Shown here in pieces: positions 14,559-26,544 of a stretch of DNA of 26,544 nt. This stretch comes from Tubiluchus corallicola (lineage: Eukaryota; Animalia; Priapulida). The notes below the pieces were generated by a model. It searched no databases and had not been told where the DNA came from. It worked only from the letters and a program-made list of their open reading frames with translations. The stretch covers positions 1 through 26,544 of the forward strand of contig JAQGDQ010001757.1 of NCBI GenBank assembly GCA_030141605.1, read 5' to 3'. Made by a program: the position numbers and the translations under genes. Position 1 is the stretch's first letter; the number at the start of each line of letters is the position of its first letter.

Positions 14559-15493
14559 TCAAGTGCTATAGATACATGTAGATAGATTAATAGAAAAAAC
14601 AATTTAAAGTCGGATTTTTTAAAAGCGTTAATGCAAGCTGGATCAGCTTTTTCTACTGGCTAAACTTTGAGACCTAAAAAGTTTAAGTTAGGATAACAAG
14701 TGGATATCCTTCAGATCGTAAGAGAGTTTATGCTTCGATAGTAAATGCTGTTTTTATCGTGAAAGTGTTTATGCCATGATGGTTAATAGTATTTCCAAGT
14801 GGAAAGGGTTTCTGCTGGCATAGTCGAGTCATGTCGCAACAAGACAAATGAAATCGAAAGCCGTTCCATAATTGCACATAATTCGCAAAGCCTGAGCGGA
14901 TACAAATCCACACCCATATGTCTTTCCAGGGACTGTCAAGATAGTAGAAAAATTAAAATGAATAAAAAAATTTAAACTAAACATCAGTTGCATGTTGTTT
15001 GAAATGAGGCATCTCTTAAACAACAAAGGTGTAAAACTTTCCTATCTTTTGTCCAACGCACTGAATATCTTGCAGTAGTACTGTATTACATTTCTCACTC
15101 TCGCAAACATGTGCAACAAGTTTGCAGAATACTATTGCTGTTGAAAATTTGGATAGTTTGTGATGTCATCAATAGTTGGACGTTCCTGCCGTTGATTAAG
15201 TTTTTAATCTGTCATTTAATTATTAGAAACGCTTTTGCAGTATTAATTGTGTTAAAATGTACACATTTTTGGACTTGAAAATGGGGTAGCGCATGAAAAA
15301 CCAACCTGTTTACGTTTGCGTGTGCCCTCACAAGGATATTATTGCTACATGTGTATTACTACACTAGATCAATCTACATTACGAAGGTAAAAAGTCTAAA
15401 TAATTTTGCACAACTCTGGGAAATCTTGGACACCTCCTCTGTGATGCGAAACCAACAACTTTGGCTTCCAGGCAGACCTGTAGCTAAAGTTAG

Positions 15494-15799
<306 letters not shown>

Positions 15800-16685
15800 T
15801 AATTTGTCGTAGTATAATAAAAATTATTTTAAATGTCTGAGTATGCTTTTTCATTTATGTTGCTTTCGAGAATCTTCAAAGTCAAATTACTTTCAAAATG
15901 TATAAGCTTAAGTACTTTGAAAGGGTTTCACTCAAGGACGCCATGCTGTTGGAGTCTCCTGTTGCTTCTCCTGTTCAACTTTCATTGATAAGATTTAAGT
16001 CAGCTAATTATTTCATCACTGTCCACTCACTTAAGACATTTAAACCAACAATATAACCCCGAATAAATAAAATACCGTTGTCAGAAAAACTGCATTTATT
16101 GGAACTTTTGATTTGTTATTAGGCCTATAATAAGTAGTGAATAAAATCATAACAACAATTATTTGCATTTAGTTGACGCATATACACAATGTAACTTATC
16201 AATATTAATAAATTTATTTAAGTTTTTTGGTCTAATTTCTAACAAGATTAGCACAAAAAACTGATTAAAAATGCTGCGGTAACGCCTTTTTTGAAGGCAG
16301 CTGCATAAAAAGAGCAATCTGGAATAGATATGGAAACATTTTAAATTCCTAAGATTAACGTCTAGCCATTAACTATTATGATAATGAACTTGATTAAATT
16401 TCAAACAATAGGCAGGTGAGGTAAATCAAGAGGTTTTATACTGTGCCTGTTTAATGAAGTGATATTTGGATGAAAAAAAAACAGTTCGGCCTGGACAAGG
16501 TTTTTATGTACCCGTGCAGTTTCATGAAGTTGATTCTACTGTAATTAGCACTATTTCAGTTACAAGTGTAGCTTATGCATGATTAATTACAATAATATTA
16601 TAACGATTAATAATTATAGTAGCTTTTTTTGAATAGTTTGAAATAGTTTGACCGTTGACAAGAATACTATTATACAATTTCATTT

Positions 16686-17784
16686 AAATGAGTGCAGGAT
16701 GCTGTTACCTGTAAACAGACCTTATTGATGCTTCTTTCCCCTGATTTGAACATTTATAAATAACCTAGACAGCTTGGCACTTTTAACTGTTTTGCTATTT
16801 GTACACAAATTTACTATACAGAGTACGCGTAACAAAAATTATTGCAAAAATTTCACATGCACACATAACGAAGAAATAGCAGAAAGCAGCAGATTGGCCA
16901 GCAGCATGGTACCCATGCTTGCATCAGTTTTTGCGCGAGCCTCGCATTCTCTCTCTGATTGCGCACTAATTTCATGTATGGTGTAGAGAAGAGTTTCCAA
17001 AATAATTATTTAATAAAGCAAGAACGTCATCAATTTATAAAATTCAATTGTTATAAAGAAACTATTTTTTTAACAAAAAGAAATTCGTTGGTTACTGTGG
17101 GATATTTGAATAAATGCAGAGGAAATAGAACCAAAAAATTTGATTGAAGTTTCTGAAAAACTAATTCGTAGTTATTTTTTTTAGATTTTCTTTTTCGCTT
17201 GTCTGCTGAAAGTAATGAAATTATGCACAAAGATATTCTCTTTATATTTCCTCTTCTTGTTGTTTCGAAATCTGCTGCTGGCATTAAAATAACCTCAAGT
17301 TACAAGCGCGAAGCTAAACATGTATAAGCAGCCAAAAAGAAACTACCAGTAGCAACGTATTCGGCACAACTGGTTAAAGTGCATCTTTAACAAGCCCATA
17401 TAATAAACTAGATAATAAGAAACAAAGTGGTAATAAAAATAAATGGTAATTATAGATTATTTCGAAGAAAAAAACAAGAATTTTATGCAAAACGCAGACA
17501 AAAAACCACCAAGAAATAAGGACCATCTCATCCAGCACAAACAGCGATGAACAGCATTATATGAACAAAGCAAGAGTTAAATTCGTCAAGCAAAACAAAC
17601 GAATGATACAAAGAAAAGCCACAATGTGTATCCAACTTGCAGTGTAAAAGCAAAATATTTTTTGATAAGAAATCATATTCAGTCCCCATCACTTATGTCA
17701 AGGAAGCTGATTTATAAATGTTCAAATTAGGGCAAAAAAGCATCAACAAGCTGTTTTACAGGTAACAGCATCCTTCACTGATTT
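16686..17784. mobile_element. About 75-bp inverted repeat pair (16686-16761 and 17710-17784); possible non-autonomous TIR element
   Basis: aggatgctgttacctgtaaa...ttgatgctt...tttgaacatttataaat vs atttataaatgttcaaa...aagcatcaa...tttacaggtaacagcatcct; no clear TSD. Confidence 0.55.
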
Positions 17785-18374
17785 GGGGAGGATAAATAAA
17801 GGTGAACTGATGCAACACAGTAATTAGAAAATGAACATGGTTCACAGCATTAAAATTGACACAGCTGCGGATAGTGGATTTGTATAGCAGAATGTTCGAA
17901 GCTATTGGTAGAGAAATCAAAGACAAAACAAACAAAGAAATTTATGTGCAACTGCATAAGAAAGAAGATGAAATACCAGTTGCGCAGACGTCACGGTACA
18001 TAGCTTACTTTCTGTAAGAATCACTTCATAAATGGTTGGATCAAGATGAACAAAACAAAAAATGTGGCGTTATTTATTATTTTTTATTTGACAGCTTTCG
18101 TTATACAATAATAAAAATTAATCATATAAGCAGACAAGTAGAAATTAACAATAAATACATAGACATCAGAAATTACCTTTTACAAAAGATTTCAAGATTC
18201 TGATGTTATTTATTAGTGCGAAGAATGAAGAATTTTAATCATTTCTAAACTAAGATGATTGCGAGGAAATTTGTAGTGCCCTTCCCCCAAAAAGAGACAA
18301 GGGTGAAATACAGAAATGCTGACAAAAATGATATAACAAAATTTTTTGAAGATTATCATGCAATAATGACTTTT

Positions 18375-18600
18375 CGGAAATGTTCACATTTTTAGCGCTT
18401 GTAAAAGTTCATGTAAAGCAAAACTAGAGAAGCTGAAAGTTACGCCCATCTCACATTTGATTTACATCTAGGAGGACCGTGAGACAAGCCAAGCAAATCG
18501 TTCACATTTCAAACTTGCTATTACCAGTGAGATTAGCAAGATTGATGTGACAGTGTTTTCTCCGGAAATCTAGATGCGTTTTTTAAAAGTCTAAAGTGAA
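18375..18600 (+). pseudogene. Possible remnant of an RPA1-like C-terminal OB-fold/zinc-ribbon protein
   Basis: Frameshifted pieces GNVHIFSACKSSCKAKLEK, RRTVRQAK and FKLAITSEISKIDVTVFSPEI follow the YxAC..C.KK....VTxF pattern; judged by eye. Confidence 0.3.
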
Positions 18601-19259
18601 GTGAAACTTTTCAGTTATCGAGTTTTAGCAAAACAAAAAAGAGTTTGTTTAGATGTGAAAATATGCGCTTGCTGTGTTTTTCTGTGAAAAATAAATTTAG
18701 GGATTAGTTATTCTGTAATTGTGTATAAAGTGCCCCAGTAGTTTTGCTTTAATAATAGATATAGACAAATTATGGCCGCGCTCAGTTACAAGTCTTGCGT
18801 ACGCTGGTTAATCATAAATACGCAATTGTTAACATTAAATAGTCTTTGTCATTAATATTTGTATTCTTTCAGCAAATTTGCTTGTTATATTGGTTTAGTT
18901 GTGAAATCGCAACACTAACTGTTTTTCTTATGATTATTACTAATTAATTATTGCTGTTAAATCAAAATTTCATTATAGTTTCATATAATTTACATCTTAT
19001 TATATTTTTTGCAACTTTCAAAGTTGTTCGTTAGATTTTCTTTTCAAAAATTCATTATTAAGAATTTTAAAAAAATGTCTGCTTGCAATTAATTAGATTG
19101 TAACTGTGAATGTCAGAACTTTGTATACTTCCTGTATTTATTCTTTAACTCTTTTGGAGCGGGGCTGCATGGCGTGTTCGATTGACTCCCAATTTGTTAA
19201 ATATTGATATCTTACTGGCAAAGTCAAGCAGACGTAGCCACTATGTTGGTTTTGCCTGG

Positions 19260-19570
19260 CATCCGGAATGCGTTTATCGCGTTTACATGGCATTCGGATG
19301 CGTATTGGGGGTATAGAATATATACGTAGATAAAATCAATATTGCAAATGCATTATTTTTTGAAGTTATCCAACAGATTTTTTATACGCATCTATACCAC
19401 AGGTGGAAACGCAAACGCGCCCAGATGCAACTTAAACGTCATTTTATGCGTTGTTCATCTGCTAAATAGCTGCGTATAAAAACAAAAGGAATAGATGGAG
19501 AAAAATACGCATAACTCAGGTGCAATGAAAACAATATAAACCGATTTCATCTATTACGCATCCGCATTCT
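19260..19570. mobile_element. Palindromic MITE-like remnant rich in ACGCAT/ATGCGT motifs
   Basis: Nested inverted pairs cggatgcgta/tacgcatccg and tttttatacgcatctat/atagctgcgtataaaaa (16 of 17 match). Confidence 0.5.
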
Positions 19571-20349
19571 CGTAGAAGGATATTTCCAAGACCGGGACTA
19601 CAAATACAGGTAAACAGAGACATTTTTGAAGCACTTGCGCGCCGACCTATGTATTTGTGCATGGATAATAACATTTACAAAACTAATAGAATCCTAGCTG
19701 CACACGGGTTACTACGTGACGACTAATCACTAGTATATTCATGCTAATGGTCGCTTCACATCCAGTCCACGGCACGCAAAACAATTTTTGCATTCATTTT
19801 TGAAATACTAGTTTATAATTATTGGAGAATTATCTATGCAAGTTCACATAAGCAGTACAACTTATTAAGCTTTGAAAGGCATCAGATTATCAACACTCAT
19901 ATTATTATGTTATTTTAAATAAGCCTAAGTTTATTTGATATCGTCCATAAGTAGCAGACTTAGCAACGGGATCACTATTGGTCCTTATATGGGCATTTGT
20001 TTCTGTCAAAACTGTTTAATGTTTCAAATCTTTTAATTAAAACATAATTATACATAAGCTGATTGGCACGACGTGTAGTGGTGACCCGGTATGTCAACCA
20101 GCATTACATTACCCTTGTCTCCTCCACCCAAAATTGCATGCTTTATAAGACAATTGAGATTTGGCAATAATAAGTACTCATGAGATATGATGCAGTATTG
20201 CTAAATGTGTCATAGTTTACCACTTCACTGCTGTGACACTCAGGCTTATTTTAGGCCAGGCTATATCTTAAATCGGCTTTGAGGTATACAGTAAAAGATG
20301 AGTACAAAATTAATTGTAATATAGAAATAGTAACTACAAGTAAGAATGG

Positions 20350-22934
20350 TAATAGCATTACTCAAAAATCACATATACAAGTTGATTATGTGTGGCTTGA
20401 TGTTGAAGTACCTGGTGAAAAGAAACCAATCACATTTGGTGTGATATATCGACACACAAATACCAATGTCCAACATTTTCGCAGCGAGATGGACTATTAT
20501 CAGCCATTAACAAGTCAGGAAAGACTTGTTATATCTTGGCGATATTAATCTAAATCTTATGCAAACAGAAGAGTAAACATTTATTGCAGATTATTTGAAT
20601 TTACTTTACTCTAATCAGTTTTTTCCATTAGTAACACGACCAACTCGAATAACACACCATTCTCAGACACTTATTGACCATATATATACAAATAATCTAT
20701 CTAATCCAATTATATCTGGTATTATACTCTATGAAGTGTCGGATCATCTACTAGTGCTTGCTATCATTAAAAATATTGATAAATTGATAGTTAAAAAAAA
20801 AATTAAAATCAGGGATAAACGTAATTTTAACATGATTTCATTTCAGGAGGATTTGCAAAATAAGATCGATGCTGTTGACTTTTCCGAGGTGCCAACTAAT
20901 TCTGCCTTCTCTGCTTTTTTCCAAATATATGAAGAAGTTCTTAATAAACATGCCCCACTTAAGACATTGTCAAGAGCTGAAAAAGTAACTTTCTCTAAGC
21001 CATGGTTAACTAAAGGTATTCTTGTGTCAATAAAAACAAAAAGTAGATTATACAAGGACTGTAAGACTACAACTAGTATCTTAAAAATTAATCATAATAA
21101 AAAATTTTCTAATAAACTTAATCATCTCAAAAATTTTGCCAAAAGAAATTATTATTGTACTTTACTATATGATAATAAAACTAATATTAGAATGACTTAG
21201 GCAGCATTGAATGATTTGATCAATGGACAAAACAAGCAGCGCATAACTCCAACTAAACTAGTAATAAATCATGCTGAGATTACGGAACCCCCTGCTATCT
21301 GTGAATTCATGAATAATTATTTTGCATCGGTTGGTTCTGATATGCTAAAAAAAAGTACCACCTACTCCAATAACATTTGATTCTTTCCTTAGAATGCCGA
21401 ATCACAACTACATTTTTTGCACCAATTATCGAGTATGAAGTTTCTTCTGCTATTGCTGCATTAAAAACCAATAAATCAGCAGGACCCGAAAACATCTCAA
21501 ATCAGTTTTTTAAAATTTCCCAGTCCATTATTAATCCTTTATTAACTATGCTGTTCAATAAATGTGTAGAAGAGAGTATCTATCCTGACGTGTTGAAAAT
21601 AGCAAAAATAATCCCGTTTTACAAATCTGATTCTCCCATTAATCCCACTAATTATAGGCCAATATCTCTCTTATCTCCCATATCAAAGATTTTAGAAAAA
21701 TTAATTTACTCTAGGCCAGCTAAATTTCTTTTAAAAGAACAAATTTTAACTAAATTTCAATTTGGATTCAGAAAAAATCATTCTACATCTTTAGCTGTGT
21801 CAGAAATAATTGAAAACTATTTAGCGATATTGATATTGATATTTTTAGATTTATCGAAAGCATTCGACACGGTACAACATCACATCTTGTTATATAAGTT
21901 ATCACACTATTGTATCTGGGGACATCCTCTGCACTTTTCACGTATTACCTTACTAATAGGAAACAGTTTACGTCTGTTGACTCATCAGAGTCTAAACTTG
22001 CTGATATAACCTGTGGTGTCCCACAGGGTTCTACATTGCGTGCATTGTTATTTCTTTTATATATTAATGATCTGCCATCTTGTTCGCAATTTAACACCAT
22101 ATTGCTTGCAGACGATACAAACCTATTTTTATTACACCAAAATATCAAAACATTAGAACATTCAGTAAATGTGGAACTGCACAAAATTAATAAATGGATG
22201 CAAGCGAATAAGCTATCGATAAATTATAAAAAAAAACAAAAATATGTGTTAATTGGAAACAAGCAACATAACACTAAGTTAAACATAAATATGGGAGGTT
22301 TTAATATTCATTCTACCCATGAAATCAAATATCTTGGCATATTTATAGATAGTAGAATTACTTGGAAAACACACGTACAGCATATAGTCAACAAAATTAG
22401 CAAATTAAGTGGAGTATTAGCTAGAATACGACACTACATAAATGTAGATGCACTACGGCTCTTATATTCTTCTCTTGTCATGCCATATCTGAGTTATGGC
22501 ATTCTCGCCTAGGGTAGTGCTTCAGCATCGGTCTTAAAATCATTGGTTTCTAAACAAAACAAGATTATCAAACTTATAACATTTACTAGTAAAAGGGAAC
22601 ATGTAACACCTTTGTGTTTGCAATTAAATCTACTAAAAGTATATGATCTGTATAAATTAGAATTGCTCAAGTTTGTATTTAAATTCAAAAATAATTCACT
22701 TCCAGATCTCCTCAGCAATTATTATACTTTAGCATGTCACATGCATCACCACTCTACTAGGTTTGCTACTACCCAACTTATTTTATTGAAAGATTTAATT
22801 CATCTAAAGGCCAGATTTCCTTAAAACACCAAGGATCTTTGCTGTTGAATTCATTACCAGACCAGTTAAAGTCCAGTAACTACAAAAAGTTAATTTTAAA
22901 CTATAAAAAACAACTTATTGCAGTTTACAAATGA
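20350..22934 (+). pseudogene. LINE ORF2 (AP endonuclease C-terminal half plus reverse transcriptase), disrupted
   Basis: FGVIYRH, LGDINLN, PTRIT..SQTLIDHIYTN, SDHL; NYRPISLL, QFGFRKNHST, FLDLSKAFDTV, GVPQGSTL, LADDT, KYLGIFID; spread over several ORF pieces by stops and frameshifts; terminal TGA at 22932-22934. Confidence 0.95.
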
Positions 22935-23499
22935 ATGAGATATTTTACTGATGTACTTGGAATACCTATTCATTTTTTCATTGCTACGAAACTATAAGTA
23001 TTTCTTTAAGTTTTTGCTACATTTTGATTTCATTTTTGTCTTATTTACAGTTGATTTAGTTTTTCGATGGTTTAATTTATTATATTCTCTTTCTTGATAG
23101 CTTCAGCCATTGATATTATTATTACAACATTATGTTTTTTCTTATTTGCTTCTGTTTTCCTTATTTTGTTTTATATTTACCTTATTTTTCCTTAGTTTAA
23201 TTTATTATACTCTTTTATGAACATCTTTGGTTGATCATTCTACTGTTTTTTGGTGGATTTTTTTTTAGTTAATGCTCACATTATTCATTTTCTGTTATGT
23301 TAAAAATCCTAAGTTACTTTTGTTTTGTTTGCATTGCTCATTCACAGTATTTTAGAATTGTAAATTTTTGATTATTTAAATTATAATGTTCTACAATATT
23401 GCGTTTCCCATCAGTTAAATGCCAATTAGACACGTCAACAGAATTCAAATTTAAATTGAAAACGATGCCGTAATTAATTTTACTTAGTCGTTGCTATGT

Positions 23500-23542
23500 A
23501 AGGGTGGCTGAATAGATAACCTACGTGTTCTTCGCTGCCCTT
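23500..23542 (+). other. LINE 3' terminal stem-loop
   Basis: AAGGGTGGC...AAC-ctacgt-GTT...GCTGCCCTT pairs with two G-U wobbles and bulges, about 60 nt upstream of the tail. Confidence 0.6.
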
Positions 23543-23978
23543 CTCTGTCACATAATATTACATGTATTCCTAATACTGTATTTTGAGGAGCTAATAAATG
23601 AAAATTTGAATTGAATTAAATTGAATTGAGTTATGTAACTAGTTCCTACTGTTATAATTCCACCATTTAGTATTTTCAATTTTTATAAAAGAAGTTTAGT
23701 TAAACTGTTTAGCGGTATAATGACAGAAGCCAATCTGTTCTGATATCAGATGTCACCTGTACATTCAATGACACTGTTTATGCATTACTACTATATCATG
23801 TGATTGAAGCCACGTAGACGAAATTTTGGCTGTTGAGTTCGCCCAGGTTTTAAATTGTCGAGTTAAGCGGACGTTCTCAAAACGATGGTTTAGTAGTAGC
23901 GGTGCTTGCTTGTAGAAAAGCGATCTGTCTACACAGTTACGACAGTGACGATAGCTGCGTTCCAGCGATGATACTTCT

Positions 23979-24548
23979 TGTTGCTGATTACATTTTCCTG
24001 ACGCTGATGATACATAACTGAGGGTAATTCGAACCACAAAAGCCCAAGTTAGGTGATTAAAGATCACCTCTGACCAGTTTAAAATATTTTCTTTTACATT
24101 ATATGAAGCCAATTCATTAAAAATTCATTCAGTACAACAAATAAATTTTGTTGCGAAATTAGTTTAATGTATTAGCAATGCCATCTATATGTGGTAATAG
24201 AAATGTGTGTTGTTGTACTGTATTATTTTAATCTTGTTAGGCTGGTTAATAGTAAAAGTGTTCAAAACAATACAGTGTTTTATTTTTAGTTTATTCATTT
24301 ATTTTGAAACCAAGATTTGAACCCTGCATTGTAAGCTTAAGAGTAAACAAATAATGTATTACCTGATATGTAATTATTTCATGAGTGAAGGAATTCACAA
24401 AGATTTGTTGATGAAGACTGTGATTGAGTATTGCATTTTTTGTCATTGACATTAGTTATTTTTGTTCTATTATTGTGATGTATAAGTATCATGATTTTTT
24501 GTGCAACTGTTGCTGATTACATTTTCCTGACGCTGATGATACATAACT
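23979..24548. repeat. Exact 41-bp direct repeat (23979-24019, 24508-24548) flanking 488 bp of AT-rich sequence
   Basis: tgttgctgattacattttcctgacgctgatgatacataact occurs twice with no mismatch. Confidence 0.9.
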
Positions 24549-25083
24549 TATTGAAGATTATACTTACCAGTTGTCGACAATATCAGCTGATACCCGTATT
24601 TACCTGTCGTTGATGATACTGTCGTTGGTGCTTCCATGCTGTGATTACGAAACTGGTGATCCTTACCCTGCGACGAGTGCAGGAGCTTGAATGCTACTCT
24701 ATTTTGGCGTTATATACTGGAGGCGAGGGCGTCATCACGAGTCGTCAAAGTTTGGAGACGTCGTTCACGTAATCGGATGTATGAATAAGTGTGGCCAACC
24801 GTGCTATGGTGAGGAGTCAGAGAGAGAGAGTAAAAAAGCGCTTGATGATGAAAAGACAGGACTGGTGAAAAACGTTACGTTGCTCTTTTTTTTCTTAGCC
24901 AGCTTAATCTTTATTATTAATATTTCTCTTTTGGGATATTAATTAAATTGTTAAATTATTTTATTAATTCAGTGTTTTTTTTCCCAGTGTTTTCAACTAA
25001 GTGTTTTATTCTTTACCTAAGGGTTACACTTAAGTCACTAACCACTCATTTGCAATAGCGAAAATTAGAATACATCGTCACAA

Positions 25084-26544
25084 CTGCCTGCTTGACGAGA
25101 ATCTCCCTTCATGAAAATCCTATTCTGACTGGCCTGTATGACGGGAATCTACCGTTATCAAAATCCTATTCTGACTGGCCTGTATGACGGGAATCTACCG
25201 TTATGAAAATCCTATTCTGACTGGCCTGTAAGACGGGAATCTACCGTTATGAAAATCCTATTCTGACTGGCCTGTATGACGGGAATCTACCGTTATGAAA
25301 ATCCTATTCTGACTGGCCTGTATGATGGGTATCTACCGTTATGAAAATCCTATTCCGACTGGCCTGTATGACGGGAATCTACCGTTATCAAAATCCTATT
25401 CTGACTGGCCTGTATGACGGGAATCTACCGTTATGAAAATCCTATTCTGACTGGCCTGTATGATGGGTATCTACCGTTATGAAAATCCTATTCCGACTGG
25501 CCTGTATGACGGGAATCTACCGTTATGAAAATCCTATTCTGACTGGCCTGTATGACGGGAATCTACCGTTATGAAAATCCTATTCTGACTGGCCTGTATG
25601 ATGGGTATCTACCGTTATGAAAATCCTATTCCGACTGGCCTGTATGACGGGAATCTACCGTTATGAAAATCCTATTCTGACTGGCCTGTATGACGGGAAT
25701 CTACCGTTATGAAAATCCTATTCTGACTGGCCTGTATGATGGGTATCTACCGTTATGAAAATCCTATTCCGACTGGCCTGTATGACGGGAATCTACCGTT
25801 ATGAAAATCCTATTCTGACTGGCCTGTATGACGGGAATCTACCGTTATGAAAATCCTATTCTGACTGGCCTGTATGATGGGTATCTACCGTTATGAAAAT
25901 CCTATTCCGACTGGCCTGTATGACGGGAATCTACCGTTATGAAAATCCTATTCTGACTGGCCTGTATGACGGGAATCTACCGTTATGAAAATCCTATTCT
26001 GACTGGCCTGTATGATGGGTATCTACCGTTATGAAAATCCTATTCCGACTGGCCTGTATGACGGGAATCTACCGTTATGAAAATCCTATTCTGACTGGCC
26101 TGTATGACGGGAATCTACCGTTATGAAAATCCTATTCTGACTGGCCTGTATGATGGGTATCTACCGTTATGAAAATCCTATTCCGACTGGCCTGTATGAC
26201 GGGAATCTACCGTTATGAAAATCCTATTCTGACTGGCCTGTATGACGGGAATCTACCGTTATGAAAATCCTATTCTGACTGGCCTGTATGATGGGTATCT
26301 ACCGTTATGAAAATCCTATTCCGACTGGCCTGTATGACGGGAATCTACCGTTATGAAAATCCTATTCTGACTGGCCTGTATGACGGGAATCTACCGTTAT
26401 GAAAATCCTATTCTGACTGGCCTGTATGACGGGAATCTACCGTTATGAAAATCCTATTCTGACTGGCCTGTATGACGGGAATCTACCGTTATGAAAATCC
26501 TATTCTGACTGGCCTGTATGACGTGAATCTACCGTTATGAAAAT
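25084..26544. repeat. 46-bp satellite/minisatellite array, at least 31 copies, with a 138-bp higher-order repeat; continues past the window
   Basis: Monomer ATGAAAATCCTATTCTGACTGGCCTGTATGACGGGAATCTACCGTT starting at 25111 every 46 bp; degenerate partial copy at 25084-25110. Confidence 0.98.

Larger units (their letters stand above)
20350..23629 (+). mobile_element. 5'-truncated non-LTR retrotransposon, CR1/L2 group (L2/Crack-like)
   Basis: Endonuclease plus RT remnant, about 690-bp T-rich 3' UTR, 3' stem-loop, AATAAA at 23593 and (TTGAA)n tail at 23606-23629; 5' boundary approximate. Confidence 0.92.

Noticed and set aside
20595-22824. LINE ORF pieces as separate genes or a prokaryotic RT system (retron, DGR, group II intron)
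   Set aside because: They are consecutive fragments of one AP endonuclease-RT ORF2 with a LINE-type 3' end.
20327-23641. gtaacta as LINE target-site duplication
   Set aside because: Only 7 AT-rich bp and not flush with the tail; chance is likely.
25111-26544. CRISPR array
   Set aside because: Monomers abut with no unique spacers, there are no cas genes, and the context is eukaryotic.
25111-26544. Hammerhead ribozyme or coding repeat in the satellite (CTGTATGA...stem...GAAA)
   Set aside because: The core does not match CUGANGA-stem-GAAA spacing and no stems I/III are evident; the 46-bp period brings stop codons into every frame on both strands.

Overview
AT-rich eukaryotic (probably invertebrate animal) genomic DNA made up of repeats and decayed genes; I find no intact protein-coding or RNA gene. 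From left to right: (1) a near-perfect foldback element (arms of at least 400 bp, cut by the window edge) plus two older diverged relatives; (2) scattered DNA-transposon ends and a possible Helitron-like remnant; (3) a head-to-tail array of about 3.3 units of 2.62-2.66 kb (about 7108-15900), each full unit carrying three spliceosomal exons of a glycoside hydrolase family 1 gene (lactase-phlorizin hydrolase/beta-glucosidase-like, with the TLNEP acid/base motif), all copies disabled; (4) a 75-bp inverted-repeat pair, a possible RPA1-like OB-fold remnant and a palindromic MITE-like remnant; (5) a 5'-truncated, frameshifted CR1/L2-group LINE with 3' stem-loop, AATAAA and (TTGAA)n tail; (6) a 488-bp segment flanked by an exact 41-bp direct duplication; (7) a 46-bp satellite running off the right edge with an internal 138-bp higher-order repeat. 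All family assignments come from motifs read by eye; no database search was possible.
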